Of a DNA stretch of 28,139 bases, positions 1-6,798 are shown piece after piece. A program made the position numbers and the translations under genes. The notes beneath the pieces were generated by a model that saw nothing but the letters and a program-made list of their open reading frames with translations, was not told the origin of the DNA and did not search any database. This DNA is from a virus. Its lineage: Duplodnaviria; Caudoviricetes. Each line of letters begins with the position of its first letter. Within the stretch, counting starts at the first letter, position 1. Where the stretch lies: the IMG/VR virus record IMGVR_UViG_3300005805_000356, positions 1 through 28,139 of that record. One strand, 5' to 3'.

Positions 1-68
1 ATGATCCCTGCAATCAATTGCTCTTCGACTGCCTTGGAAGTCTCAAAGTGGCTTGGATGTAGTGGCAT
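1..68 (-). CDS. Partial ORF, N-terminus of a probable DnaB-like replicative helicase (runs off the window edge)
   Basis: ATG at 68 overlaps the initiator stop (TAATG). Reads MPLHPSHFETSKAVEEQLIAGI, resembling the DnaB N-terminal 'xExxxLG' helix. Expected position after an initiator gene. Confidence 0.45.
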   Translation of the reverse strand, partial: MPLHPSHFETSKAVEEQLIAGI

Positions 69-880
69 TACGCTGGCTCCCAGTTTTCATCTACGACGGG
101 CAGGCTGGATTTCTTGGGCTTGGGTGGAAGATACTTTGCACCTTGCCCTACGTTGCCCGGCCTGTAGTCTGGCTTGATTCCTTGATACTCATTCCCGATA
201 GCGAACTCAATCGCGTATACCAAGTGCGATGGACTGTCATAGCCCTTGAGTGACTTGGATATGTTCGCCCTGTTCTTAATGCGCTTACCGATACTCTCCC
301 TCATGGCTTCAAACTCACCCAGAGCTTTTCTTACCTCTGGAGTGTCAAGTTCCTTGGGTATGTCCCACTCACCGATGGTTCCCTTTGCTTTGGTTTCCCC
401 TTTAGGGGGTAAGGGGGTGTTAGTATTTGGAAGTAGGACGTTGGAAGTAGGAAGTAGGGAGCATTGCGTTCGCATTGCGTTGGCATATGCGTTCGCATTG
501 CGTTCGCATCCGTCGTTTTCTGGCTCAGTTTCCGGTTTTCCTTTCTTTTCCTTGGTCCAACGCTGCTCGGCTGATCGTTTCGCCTTTTCGATGATTTCCA
601 ACTTCTTGGCCCTCTCAATCTCCAACCGCTCGTTGTACAACTCTCCAGCATTGCCAACGCATAGCTTTCGCATAACCGACCGCATATGCGTTCGCATTGC
701 GTTCGCATCGACTCCAGCAATCTTGCAAAGTGTCGGCTCGTCGTCTGGAATTGATCCATTTGACCATTGATAGCAGAGCAAGCGGATGTAGATACCGACC
801 GCTTCCGCTTCCATGTGGTAAGTCCCGGCGATGAAGTCATCGGCGAAAAAATCGAATGAAGGAGGTTTTTTACGTGCCAT
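68..880 (-). CDS. Phage replication initiator, DUF1376/YdaU-like N-terminal domain (270 aa)
   Basis: N-terminus PSFDFFADDFIAGTYHMEAEAVGIYIRLLCYQW...LYNERLEIE is typical of DUF1376. Contains internal iteron repeats. Start moved to ATG 880 (GGGAGG RBS, TAATG overlap). Confidence 0.8.
   Translation of the reverse strand: MARKKPPSFDFFADDFIAGTYHMEAEAVGIYIRLLCYQWSNGSIPDDEPTLCKIAGVDANAMRTHMRSVMRKLCVGNAGELYNERLEIERAKKLEIIEKAKRSAEQRWTKEKKGKPETEPENDGCERNANAYANAMRTQCSLLPTSNVLLPNTNTPLPPKGETKAKGTIGEWDIPKELDTPEVRKALGEFEAMRESIGKRIKNRANISKSLKGYDSPSHLVYAIEFAIGNEYQGIKPDYRPGNVGQGAKYLPPKPKKSSLPVVDENWEPA
427..709. repeat. Iteron-like repeats / probable replication origin inside the initiator gene
   Basis: 11-mer tgcgttcgcat at 465, 476 (1 mismatch), 488, 499, 687 and 698. 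Exact 28-nt duplicate at 483..510 and 682..709. ttggaagtagga at 427 and 441. Confidence 0.75.
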
Positions 881-1344
881 TATTTGTTCCTCCCTAGGAT
901 GCTCTTCACTGCGGTATGCGTCCATCTTGAGCACTCACCGCGATTTACAACCCTGCTAACTGACTGATGCGTCCACTTTTCATTGCCCTTTGCAGTCAGT
1001 ATCCCATCGTCGGTTAATTCCTTTGCTATCGTGTGGTAGCTAGCCCCCTGGTTTCGCCTCAGTTTCATTCGCTCTATGACTGAAAACTGAAATTCGTTTT
1101 TTATAAGCGACACGCCGTCAGGACTAAGCGTGTATCCGAACGGAACCGAGCCAACACGCTCTCCGTTCGCCTTTTTTCTTGCTAGTGCGTCTCTTGTCAG
1201 CTGATCGTGTGCCATCTTTCGCCCGTGTGCTTTTGAATGGCACTTGACGCATAACGGTATCGTTCGCGTTCCACCCCTGCTTTTCGGAACTACGTGATGA
1301 TTGTGCGACGCTACTCCGCCACACTCAAAGCAATCAATAGCCAT
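880..1344 (-). CDS. HNH nuclease fused to a large-serine-recombinase-type DNA-binding ('Recombinase') domain (154 aa)
   Basis: CFECG...HHVVPKSRGG...LCVKCHSKAH is an HNH motif. It is followed by ALARKKANGERVGSVPFGY...GASYHTIAKELTDDGILTAKGNEKWTHQSVSRVV, the recombinase-domain pattern. No catalytic resolvase domain. Confidence 0.75.
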   Translation of the reverse strand: MAIDCFECGGVASHNHHVVPKSRGGTRTIPLCVKCHSKAHGRKMAHDQLTRDALARKKANGERVGSVPFGYTLSPDGVSLIKNEFQFSVIERMKLRRNQGASYHTIAKELTDDGILTAKGNEKWTHQSVSRVVNRGECSRWTHTAVKSILGRNK

Positions 1345-1364
1345 GCTATCACCTTGTGACAAAG

Positions 1365-1453
1365 CCCCGGCGGACACAAGGCTGGCACCTATAGCCGCAT
1401 GGCTAAGAATGTACCCGCCGGGGAATTGGTTTGTATTGAGTCAGGTGCCAGCC
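1365..1453 (-). ncRNA. Putative pseudoknotted or switch-like 5' leader RNA
   Basis: GGCUGGCACCU (1443-1453) pairs with 1380-1390 (11 bp). CCCCGGCGGGUACA (1410-1423) pairs with 1365-1378 (14 bp incl. 2 GU). Order is A-B-A'-B', with an internal hairpin at 1392-1405. Confidence 0.55.
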
Positions 1454-1465
1454 AGACTTCGCTAA

Positions 1466-1497
1466 ATTGTACTTTTCGACATTCCGTAGGGAATGCC
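1466..1497 (-). promoter_or_regulatory. Possible promoter (-10 TACAAT) with an operator-like inverted repeat over the -35 region
   Basis: TACAAT at 1466-1471. Inverted repeat GGCATTCC-N4-GGAATGTC at 1478-1497. The -35 match is weak. Confidence 0.35.
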
Positions 1498-1504
1498 AAG
1501 TCCT

Positions 1505-1536
1505 AAGAACGCCCCGCCCCTTTCGGGGCGAAGCGT
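1505..1536 (-). terminator. Strong hairpin, possible intrinsic terminator after the methyltransferase
   Basis: ACGCUUCGCCCC-GAAA-GGGGCGGGGCGU (12-bp stem, GNRA loop) followed by only a short UCUU tail. Confidence 0.45.
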
Positions 1537-1539
1537 CGG

Positions 1540-1650
1540 AGGTTGAAGCGGTAGTTTGGTTAAGACAACCGGCACTTACCGCGCACCAGCCCATTCAGCG
1601 GGATTCCTGCGACTGTACACGCAAGCACCTTTGCCAAGGCGAGCCAACCT
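1540..1650 (-). ncRNA. Candidate multi-stem structured RNA
   Basis: Closing helix 1644-1650/1540-1546 encloses hairpins 1626-1641, 1606-1625 and 1548-1582. Confidence 0.3.
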
Positions 1651-2628
1651 TTAGTCGAAGAGCGTGGGTTGTTGTTGCGTTACTTGCTGCTTGCCGAGCG
1701 ATGCAAGATTCTTCACCGCTTGCCTGTAGTAACTAGGCTTGAGTTCGCATCCAATACCGCGACGTCCTAGGCTTACTGCACCGTAGACTTCCGACCCGAC
1801 ACCCATGAACGGCGTAAGGACTGCTTCGCCTGGATTGCTCCACATTTCGACCGCTCTTTGAATTACGTCGAGTTGTAGCGGATGCTGGTGCCTTTCGTCG
1901 CCTTCATCCTTGCTTTCCTCGTAGGGTAACACTCGATCCAATCGAATGTCATCCCAAAAGCATGAGGCGTAGTTTCGCCATATCCAATGAGAGTAGCGAT
2001 TTTCGGTCTGCTTGCCTTTCCATCCGCGATAGCGATGAAGATCTGCAGGGACTTCGCGTTCGCCGTAGTACTCATGTAACCCGGTTTCGTGAGTCACTGG
2101 TATCAGATTCTCGCCACGCTTGCGAAAAGGAATCAGGTAGTCAGCCGCCGCGACATTCGTCAGCGTTGAATCCTCGCATATCTGACGATGCGCCAGGGCT
2201 TTTGCCATCGTGCGATTACGAACCGCCAACGGCTCTTTCCAAATGCAAATCCTAGGTAGGTACTCAAAGCCAAGTTTTTCATGCAGTCGAATTATATCGC
2301 CAGGGAAGTCGGTATACCCGCAAATGTTCGCGCCTTGTTTCGGTACGTCCATGCAGTGAACCGCCGTGATTCTTCCCGGCTTAGTAGCTCTTGCGATGTT
2401 CTCAACGATGAATGAGTAGTGCTCGAAAAACTCATCGTATGTCCGAGCGTTCGATAGGTCGCGGACGCTGCTTGAGTAGTTGTAAAGACAGCCGCCGTTC
2501 TCAGTCGCAAAGGGAGGCGAATAGATACTCATCCCTATCGATTCATCCGGTAGTGATGTGATCCACTCCGCAGAGTCTCCGTTGTAGATTGCGTACTGAT
2601 CGGTAATTACTTGTTCTGTTATAGCCAT
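1651..2628 (-). CDS. DNA methyltransferase, N4-C/N6-A beta class (325 aa)
   Basis: IYSPPF catalytic motif near the N-terminus, HQHPLQ, and TPFMGVGSE SAM-binding motif near the C-terminus. Start at ATG 2628 (MAITEQ). Confidence 0.9.
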   Translation of the reverse strand: MAITEQVITDQYAIYNGDSAEWITSLPDESIGMSIYSPPFATENGGCLYNYSSSVRDLSNARTYDEFFEHYSFIVENIARATKPGRITAVHCMDVPKQGANICGYTDFPGDIIRLHEKLGFEYLPRICIWKEPLAVRNRTMAKALAHRQICEDSTLTNVAAADYLIPFRKRGENLIPVTHETGLHEYYGEREVPADLHRYRGWKGKQTENRYSHWIWRNYASCFWDDIRLDRVLPYEESKDEGDERHQHPLQLDVIQRAVEMWSNPGEAVLTPFMGVGSEVYGAVSLGRRGIGCELKPSYYRQAVKNLASLGKQQVTQQQPTLFD

Positions 2629-3980
2629 GTTGGTAACTTTTCTTTCTCTGGAAAATAGTCTTGAGTAACAATGTGCATAGCGTCGTTCATGTGCTTGCAA
2701 AGCTCACGAAACATCTTTTTTGATTGCTCTTGCTTTCGGTGCAAGTTCTTGATTACACCCCGCTCGCCTTCGCTTGCGATGATGTTTACAGTAACGTCTT
2801 TTGTCTGTCCGAATCGGTAGCACCTCCTGACCGCTTGATAGTATTGCTCGAACGAGTGCGAAGGAAACATGGTCACGTTATGGCAGTGTTGCCAATTCAG
2901 CCCCCACGCTCCAATCTTCGGCTTGATGATTAGCCGCTTGATATCGCCCTTTGAAAAACCAATTAAAGCCTCTTCCTTTTCGTCGTCGCTGGTTGATCCT
3001 TTAACCTGGACCGAATCCGCGACCAACTTCTCTAGCATATCGCCTTCGTCGTTAAGTTCGCACCATAGAACCGAAGCCCCTTCGTGTTGATGGACTAGGT
3101 TTGCTGCCATCTCGCAACGCTCAGGCATTGTACGCCGCCGCTCTTCGCGTTCCTCTTGCATGTCTCGAGCCGGAAGCGAGAAAAGGAACCCATCTCGCAA
3201 CCTTGCCGAGTTTACAACATGCTCAACCTCGATGAGTTGCGGCAACACAAAACGCGAACCATCGAAACCGATATCCTCTGGATTCTGGATCGACCTTGCC
3301 CACGAACAAACCCACGACCAAAACGGTTGCTCAGCATGTCCACGAAAGCGGTACTTCGTTCGCCCCCATCCGTGGTGATCCTTGCTTGTTTCCTGCTTGA
3401 AAAACTTGGTAATCATGTCACGGAAACCAAGTAGTCCCAATGCTTCGCTAGACGTTCCCAACTCCCAGAAGTCGTTAGGGGCTGCTGTTGCGGTGCATAG
3501 CAAGCGGTACTGAATCGTTCGCATGAACTCCACTACGACCGCTTTTCGTTCGCTCTTGAAGTCCTTGATAGCCGACGATTCGTCGCATACGACAGCCGCA
3601 AACATCGACGGATCGAGTTTGTGAAGCTGCTCATAGTTCGTAACCCATACACACTTATCTCCACTGCAAGAGCCATCGCGGGATCGCTTCGCAGTGATCC
3701 CAAACCGCTCAGCCTCTTGGATTGTTTGAGCACCAACCGCAATTGGCGTTACAATCAAAACCGGCTTGTTTGTTGCCTCGATAATCCGCTGTGACCACGC
3801 CAATTGCATCGCAGTCTTACCCATGCCGCAATCCGCAAAGATAGCCGCTCGGCCTTGACGCAACGCCCACTCGACTAGGTACGCCTGAAAGTCGTACAAC
3901 CAACTAGGCAACTCTCCAGGATCAACGCCGCAACGGTTATTCCATTGCGACTTCGACCGTATAAACTCTTCGTAATTCAT
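2619..3980 (-). CDS. SF2 (SNF2-like) helicase/ATPase
   Basis: Walker A ADCGMGKT, Walker B VCDESS, motif III TATAAPN, GLNWQ, motif VI QAVRRCYRFGQ. Likely start ATG 3980 after GGAGG. Confidence 0.9.
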   Translation of the reverse strand: MNYEEFIRSKSQWNNRCGVDPGELPSWLYDFQAYLVEWALRQGRAAIFADCGMGKTAMQLAWSQRIIEATNKPVLIVTPIAVGAQTIQEAERFGITAKRSRDGSCSGDKCVWVTNYEQLHKLDPSMFAAVVCDESSAIKDFKSERKAVVVEFMRTIQYRLLCTATAAPNDFWELGTSSEALGLLGFRDMITKFFKQETSKDHHGWGRTKYRFRGHAEQPFWSWVCSWARSIQNPEDIGFDGSRFVLPQLIEVEHVVNSARLRDGFLFSLPARDMQEEREERRRTMPERCEMAANLVHQHEGASVLWCELNDEGDMLEKLVADSVQVKGSTSDDEKEEALIGFSKGDIKRLIIKPKIGAWGLNWQHCHNVTMFPSHSFEQYYQAVRRCYRFGQTKDVTVNIIASEGERGVIKNLHRKQEQSKKMFRELCKHMNDAMHIVTQDYFPEKEKLPTWL

Positions 3981-4179
3981 CTTTACCAACCTCCGTTACG
4001 CCGCCTTGCTCCGAGCAACCGTTGCCCGTTTGCTTGTCGGCTTGTAGTGTTTCAATCTCCCTCAGCAACTCGATTATCATCGCCGAGAGTGTACCGCTAG
4101 TGCCTGTCCAGCAATTCGCTGGCCCAAAGCGTCTAGCGTGTTGTTCGATCTCAGTCAGTCGTTCACGGCTTATGGGCAT
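3937..4179 (-). CDS. Hypothetical phage protein (80 aa, MPISRERL...NCWTGTSG)
   Basis: GGAGG RBS before ATG 4179; fits operon packing. Confidence 0.65.
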   Translation of the reverse strand: MPISRERLTEIEQHARRFGPANCWTGTSGTLSAMIIELLREIETLQADKQTGNGCSEQGGVTEVGKDELRRVYTVEVAME

Positions 4180-4402
4180 TCGCAGTACTCCTCCACTCAG
4201 CAAGTCCATCCGCTGCGTCGAGATGCTTCTGGCCCTTGAATGCAATGTACTTGCGAATGTCTTCAAAGTCCGTAAAGCGGAATACGCCGATTTCAATCGC
4301 AAAGTCTTTGCTGTAGAGTGGCAATCGATGCCCGTCTAGTTTGTGATCGATGCCATACTTGCGTAGGATGCGAGTCGCTGCGTTGGCTTCGTTGTTGGTC
4401 AT
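4163..4402 (-). CDS. Hypothetical protein (79 aa)
   Basis: ORF abuts the nuclease stop; same strand as the operon. Confidence 0.6.
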   Translation of the reverse strand: MTNNEANAATRILRKYGIDHKLDGHRLPLYSKDFAIEIGVFRFTDFEDIRKYIAFKGQKHLDAADGLAEWRSTANAHKP

Positions 4403-4786
4403 TTACCAAACCCTCGCTTTCGCATGTCCGCTTTTAATGAGTTGCCCGTTGAGCGTTTGGTGCGGTGGATCGTCCATTGATACCGGATCGCTCAAGTCTC
4501 TGTACTGCTTAGCAATCGTCCCTAGATACCGCCCGTACTTGTCCCGCTTGCTGAAGTTCTTGCCGTCGGCAACAATCGTTTCAATAAAGAACTTCGGTTT
4601 ATCCCAAAACCACTTTTCGACGGCTCCCTTTGCAATCTTCCCCGCTTCGGTATTTATCTCTGGAGCATCGACGCCGTAAAGCCTGATACGCTCTCTGCGA
4701 AATGTGCTAAAGCCTAGATCGATAACGATATCGACTGTATCGCCATCCACGACGCGTTCGAGTGTTGCTTGGTAGATGTATTGCAT
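4403..4786 (-). CDS. Thermonuclease (SNase-like)
   Basis: RVVDGDTV, RIRLYGVDAPE, DKYGRYLG and LIKSGHA motifs. Start ATG 4786 (TAATG overlap, GGAGG). Confidence 0.92.
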   Translation of the reverse strand: MQYIYQATLERVVDGDTVDIVIDLGFSTFRRERIRLYGVDAPEINTEAGKIAKGAVEKWFWDKPKFFIETIVADGKNFSKRDKYGRYLGTIAKQYRDLSDPVSMDDPPHQTLNGQLIKSGHAKARVW

Positions 4787-4971
4787 TAACTCAACCTCCC
4801 TATTCTCTTCCATTCTTCATTGACCGCATGAGGCACGTTGCCCCCTGCCCGTCTTAGTTCAAAATAGGCGGCCCTCGTTGCTTCAAACTCACTCAAGCCG
4901 CCGTCGTAAATCATCAACGCTACGCGTTCGCGGAACCGCTCAACAGTTGCATCTTCGCTTTCAGTTCGCAT
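4786..4971 (-). CDS. Small hypothetical phage protein (61 aa)
   Basis: Carries FRERVALMIYDGGLSEFEA, resembling the 'ERAAIxEYDGGL' motif seen in phage replication-region proteins. Confidence 0.65.
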   Translation of the reverse strand: MRTESEDATVERFRERVALMIYDGGLSEFEATRAAYFELRRAGGNVPHAVNEEWKRIGRLS

Positions 4972-5318
4972 CTTACGCACCGCTTCTTCGTTAGAGGACT
5001 GTTGCAACCACTGCACCACCACTTAGCATCGCACTTGCTATGCCGCCTTGGTGTAAATGGCCTGATACCTTCATGCACCCGCCGCAATGCCACCGATAGC
5101 CCACTTGCCATGTTGAGCATCTCGTTGTTTCGATGCTTCTCAGCAAGCCTCTCAAGTCGTGCAATGGCTTCCTTGTCTTTGAGTTCCTCAGCCATGTCGG
5201 AGCATATCTGCGAGTAAGTAGCACCGCCGGAAATCTCTCTTGAGCACCTTCCGCAATGCTGCTCTCCCGCTCGGTTGTACGACGGGCCTAATACTCGGTC
5301 GCAACACTTACACCGCAT
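4920..5318 (-). CDS. Hypothetical protein with two zinc-finger-like regions
   Basis: Four CxxC pairs: CKCC, CGRC, CSGC, CVRC. Confidence 0.65.
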   Translation of the reverse strand: MRCKCCDRVLGPSYNRAGEQHCGRCSREISGGATYSQICSDMAEELKDKEAIARLERLAEKHRNNEMLNMASGLSVALRRVHEGIRPFTPRRHSKCDAKWWCSGCNSPLTKKRCVRCELKAKMQLLSGSANA

Positions 5319-5320
5319 CG

Positions 5321-6409
5321 CTAATTCCTCGCCATCGGCATAATCACGCCAGTAACGTCACCGGATGTCAATACAACCGGATCGCCTGAACTCTTGTACT
5401 TAACCTCGACCGCTTGCTCCTTGCCGAGACTTCGCAGGAAGTCGGCTAGGTATGTATGATCGACCGTAAGTTTCGCTTCGGTGTCGGCCTCGCATCCCAT
5501 CACAACGCTAGACGCTCCAACCTCAGCCGTTCTTGCCGTTGCCGTTAGTTCGCCGGAAGTGATAACCAAGTCGATCCCTCTGGACTCTTGATCGTTGACG
5601 ATTGCAGCTTGGCGCACCACCGATAGAAACTTTTCGGCATCGCATCGAAGCGTCGAGGATTGATCGGTTGATGGTAGCACCTTACGCCAATCGGGGAACC
5701 TGCCCTCAACAATCCGCGTTTGAAGCGAGATATCGCCGCATACAAACACCGCTGACGAGTTGCTAAGGATCATGCCGACCCCGCACCCTTCCGCCGCTAT
5801 GATGCGGCTGACGGCCTGTAGTGGGCGAACTGGCACGATACCGCTAACCGCTGGCACCTCGCCAGCCAATTGACACTTCGACACCGCTAGCCGTCTCCCG
5901 TCGGTTGCAACGCATGCTAGCCTGTCCCCAATCTCAAAGAGCACCCCGCCGAGTTGATAGCGTGTGCTTTCTGTGTCCGTTGCGTAAATCGTTTGCCGAA
6001 TTGCATCAGCAAGAGCCACGCCGGGGACTCCCGCTTTGTTTTCGCTTGCGTCAATCCTCACCGATGGAAACTCATCGGGATTAGGCATCGATAACGTAAA
6101 GCCGCCGCTCTGCGTTGTAATCCGCAGTTGGTTGTCAACCTCGATATCAACCGACTCGCCGCCGCAATCCTTGAGGATCGGGATCACCTTCGCGGGCAAC
6201 AACAATGCCTTGCCTGGACTCGAAACGTACTGCATCGACTCGGAAACATTGCAGACGATTGACAGCTCAACGTCAGTTGCTTGTAGCGTCTTGCTGTCTG
6301 CGTCGAACTTGACATATCGCAGAATCTCGTTTTGCGGACGTGATGCAACGATTGACGCCGCGATTTCGAGCGACTTGAGAAACGGGATTCTTTGAACTGT
6401 AACTCTCAT
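5321..6409 (-). CDS. dnaN: DNA polymerase III beta subunit (sliding clamp)
   Basis: 362 aa, with LQATDVEL, PDEFP, ESTRYQLGGV, VATDGRRLA, EGRFPDWRKVLP and C-terminal VIMPM, all hallmark DnaN motifs. Confidence 0.95.
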   Translation of the reverse strand: MRVTVQRIPFLKSLEIAASIVASRPQNEILRYVKFDADSKTLQATDVELSIVCNVSESMQYVSSPGKALLLPAKVIPILKDCGGESVDIEVDNQLRITTQSGGFTLSMPNPDEFPSVRIDASENKAGVPGVALADAIRQTIYATDTESTRYQLGGVLFEIGDRLACVATDGRRLAVSKCQLAGEVPAVSGIVPVRPLQAVSRIIAAEGCGVGMILSNSSAVFVCGDISLQTRIVEGRFPDWRKVLPSTDQSSTLRCDAEKFLSVVRQAAIVNDQESRGIDLVITSGELTATARTAEVGASSVVMGCEADTEAKLTVDHTYLADFLRSLGKEQAVEVKYKSSGDPVVLTSGDVTGVIMPMARN

Positions 6410-6421
6410 GCTTGACCTCCA

Positions 6422-6616
6422 TTAACCTTGATAAATGCCAATGTGCCCCAACGCATCAGACGCAATATCTATTAAGGCGTCCGCCTGCTTACCTTCAATC
6501 TCTTCCGCGTGCGCGATAACCTTCCGCAATGCATGCTCCAGGTTTGCGATTCTTTGCTCCATTAGGGAAGCGATTCGCGTTATCTCGCTGACTTTGCCTT
6601 GGTAATCTACTTTCAT
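6422..6616 (-). CDS. Hypothetical coiled-coil protein (64 aa)
   Basis: GGAGG RBS, ATG 6616 (MKVDYQGK). Confidence 0.65.
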   Translation of the reverse strand: MKVDYQGKVSEITRIASLMEQRIANLEHALRKVIAHAEEIEGKQADALIDIASDALGHIGIYQG

Positions 6617-6698
6617 GCTTGACCTCCAATAGTGTGTAACCAACCGGCTTTGCTTGGCATCCTACCAGCATCGCCAACAATAAAACTAAACGCATCAT
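6495..6698 (-). CDS. Possible small lipoprotein
   Basis: GGAGG RBS. MMRLVLLLAMLVG-C gives a signal peptide with lipobox. The 3' part overlaps the next gene by about 120 nt. Confidence 0.4.
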   Translation of the reverse strand: MMRLVLLLAMLVGCQAKPVGYTLLEVKHESRLPRQSQRDNANRFPNGAKNRKPGACIAEGYRARGRD

Positions 6699-6710
6699 GC
6701 TTGCCTCCAA

Positions 6711-6798
6711 AGGATCGGTAACGCCGTCGCGTTACTCAGTACGGAGCGTGAAGCCCTCTTTGACTGATGCACATGCACGAACCTACCGCTTTCGCGGT
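6711..6798 (-). ncRNA. Candidate structured intergenic RNA downstream of recT
   Basis: ACCGC-GAAA-GCGGU hairpin (6785-6798). Helix 6778-6784/6711-6717 encloses UCAGU/ACUGA and GUAACGC-GACG-GCGUUAC stems. Confidence 0.3.

Larger units (their letters stand above)
6402..6710. repeat. Repeated RBS/start element TGGAGGTCAAGCATGA
   Basis: 6402-6421 and 6609-6628 match at 19/20 nt. A third copy with a 1-nt deletion lies at 6695-6710. Confidence 0.75.

Noticed and set aside
427-709. Short repeats as a possible CRISPR array
   Set aside because: Units are 11-12 nt, tandem without unique spacers, and inside a coding gene; iterons fit better.
331-840. Alternative-frame minus-strand ORF (169 aa) inside the initiator
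   Set aside because: Fully nested, with no recognisable motif; the initiator frame explains the region.
880-1377. Serine integrase
   Set aside because: Lacks the catalytic resolvase domain (YxRxS) and is too short. No integrase or att site is identifiable in the window.
1540-1650. tRNA gene
   Set aside because: The 5' half is cloverleaf-like, but there is no TTC T-loop, the anticodon-like loop has 8 nt and there is no CCA. Kept only as a generic structured RNA candidate.
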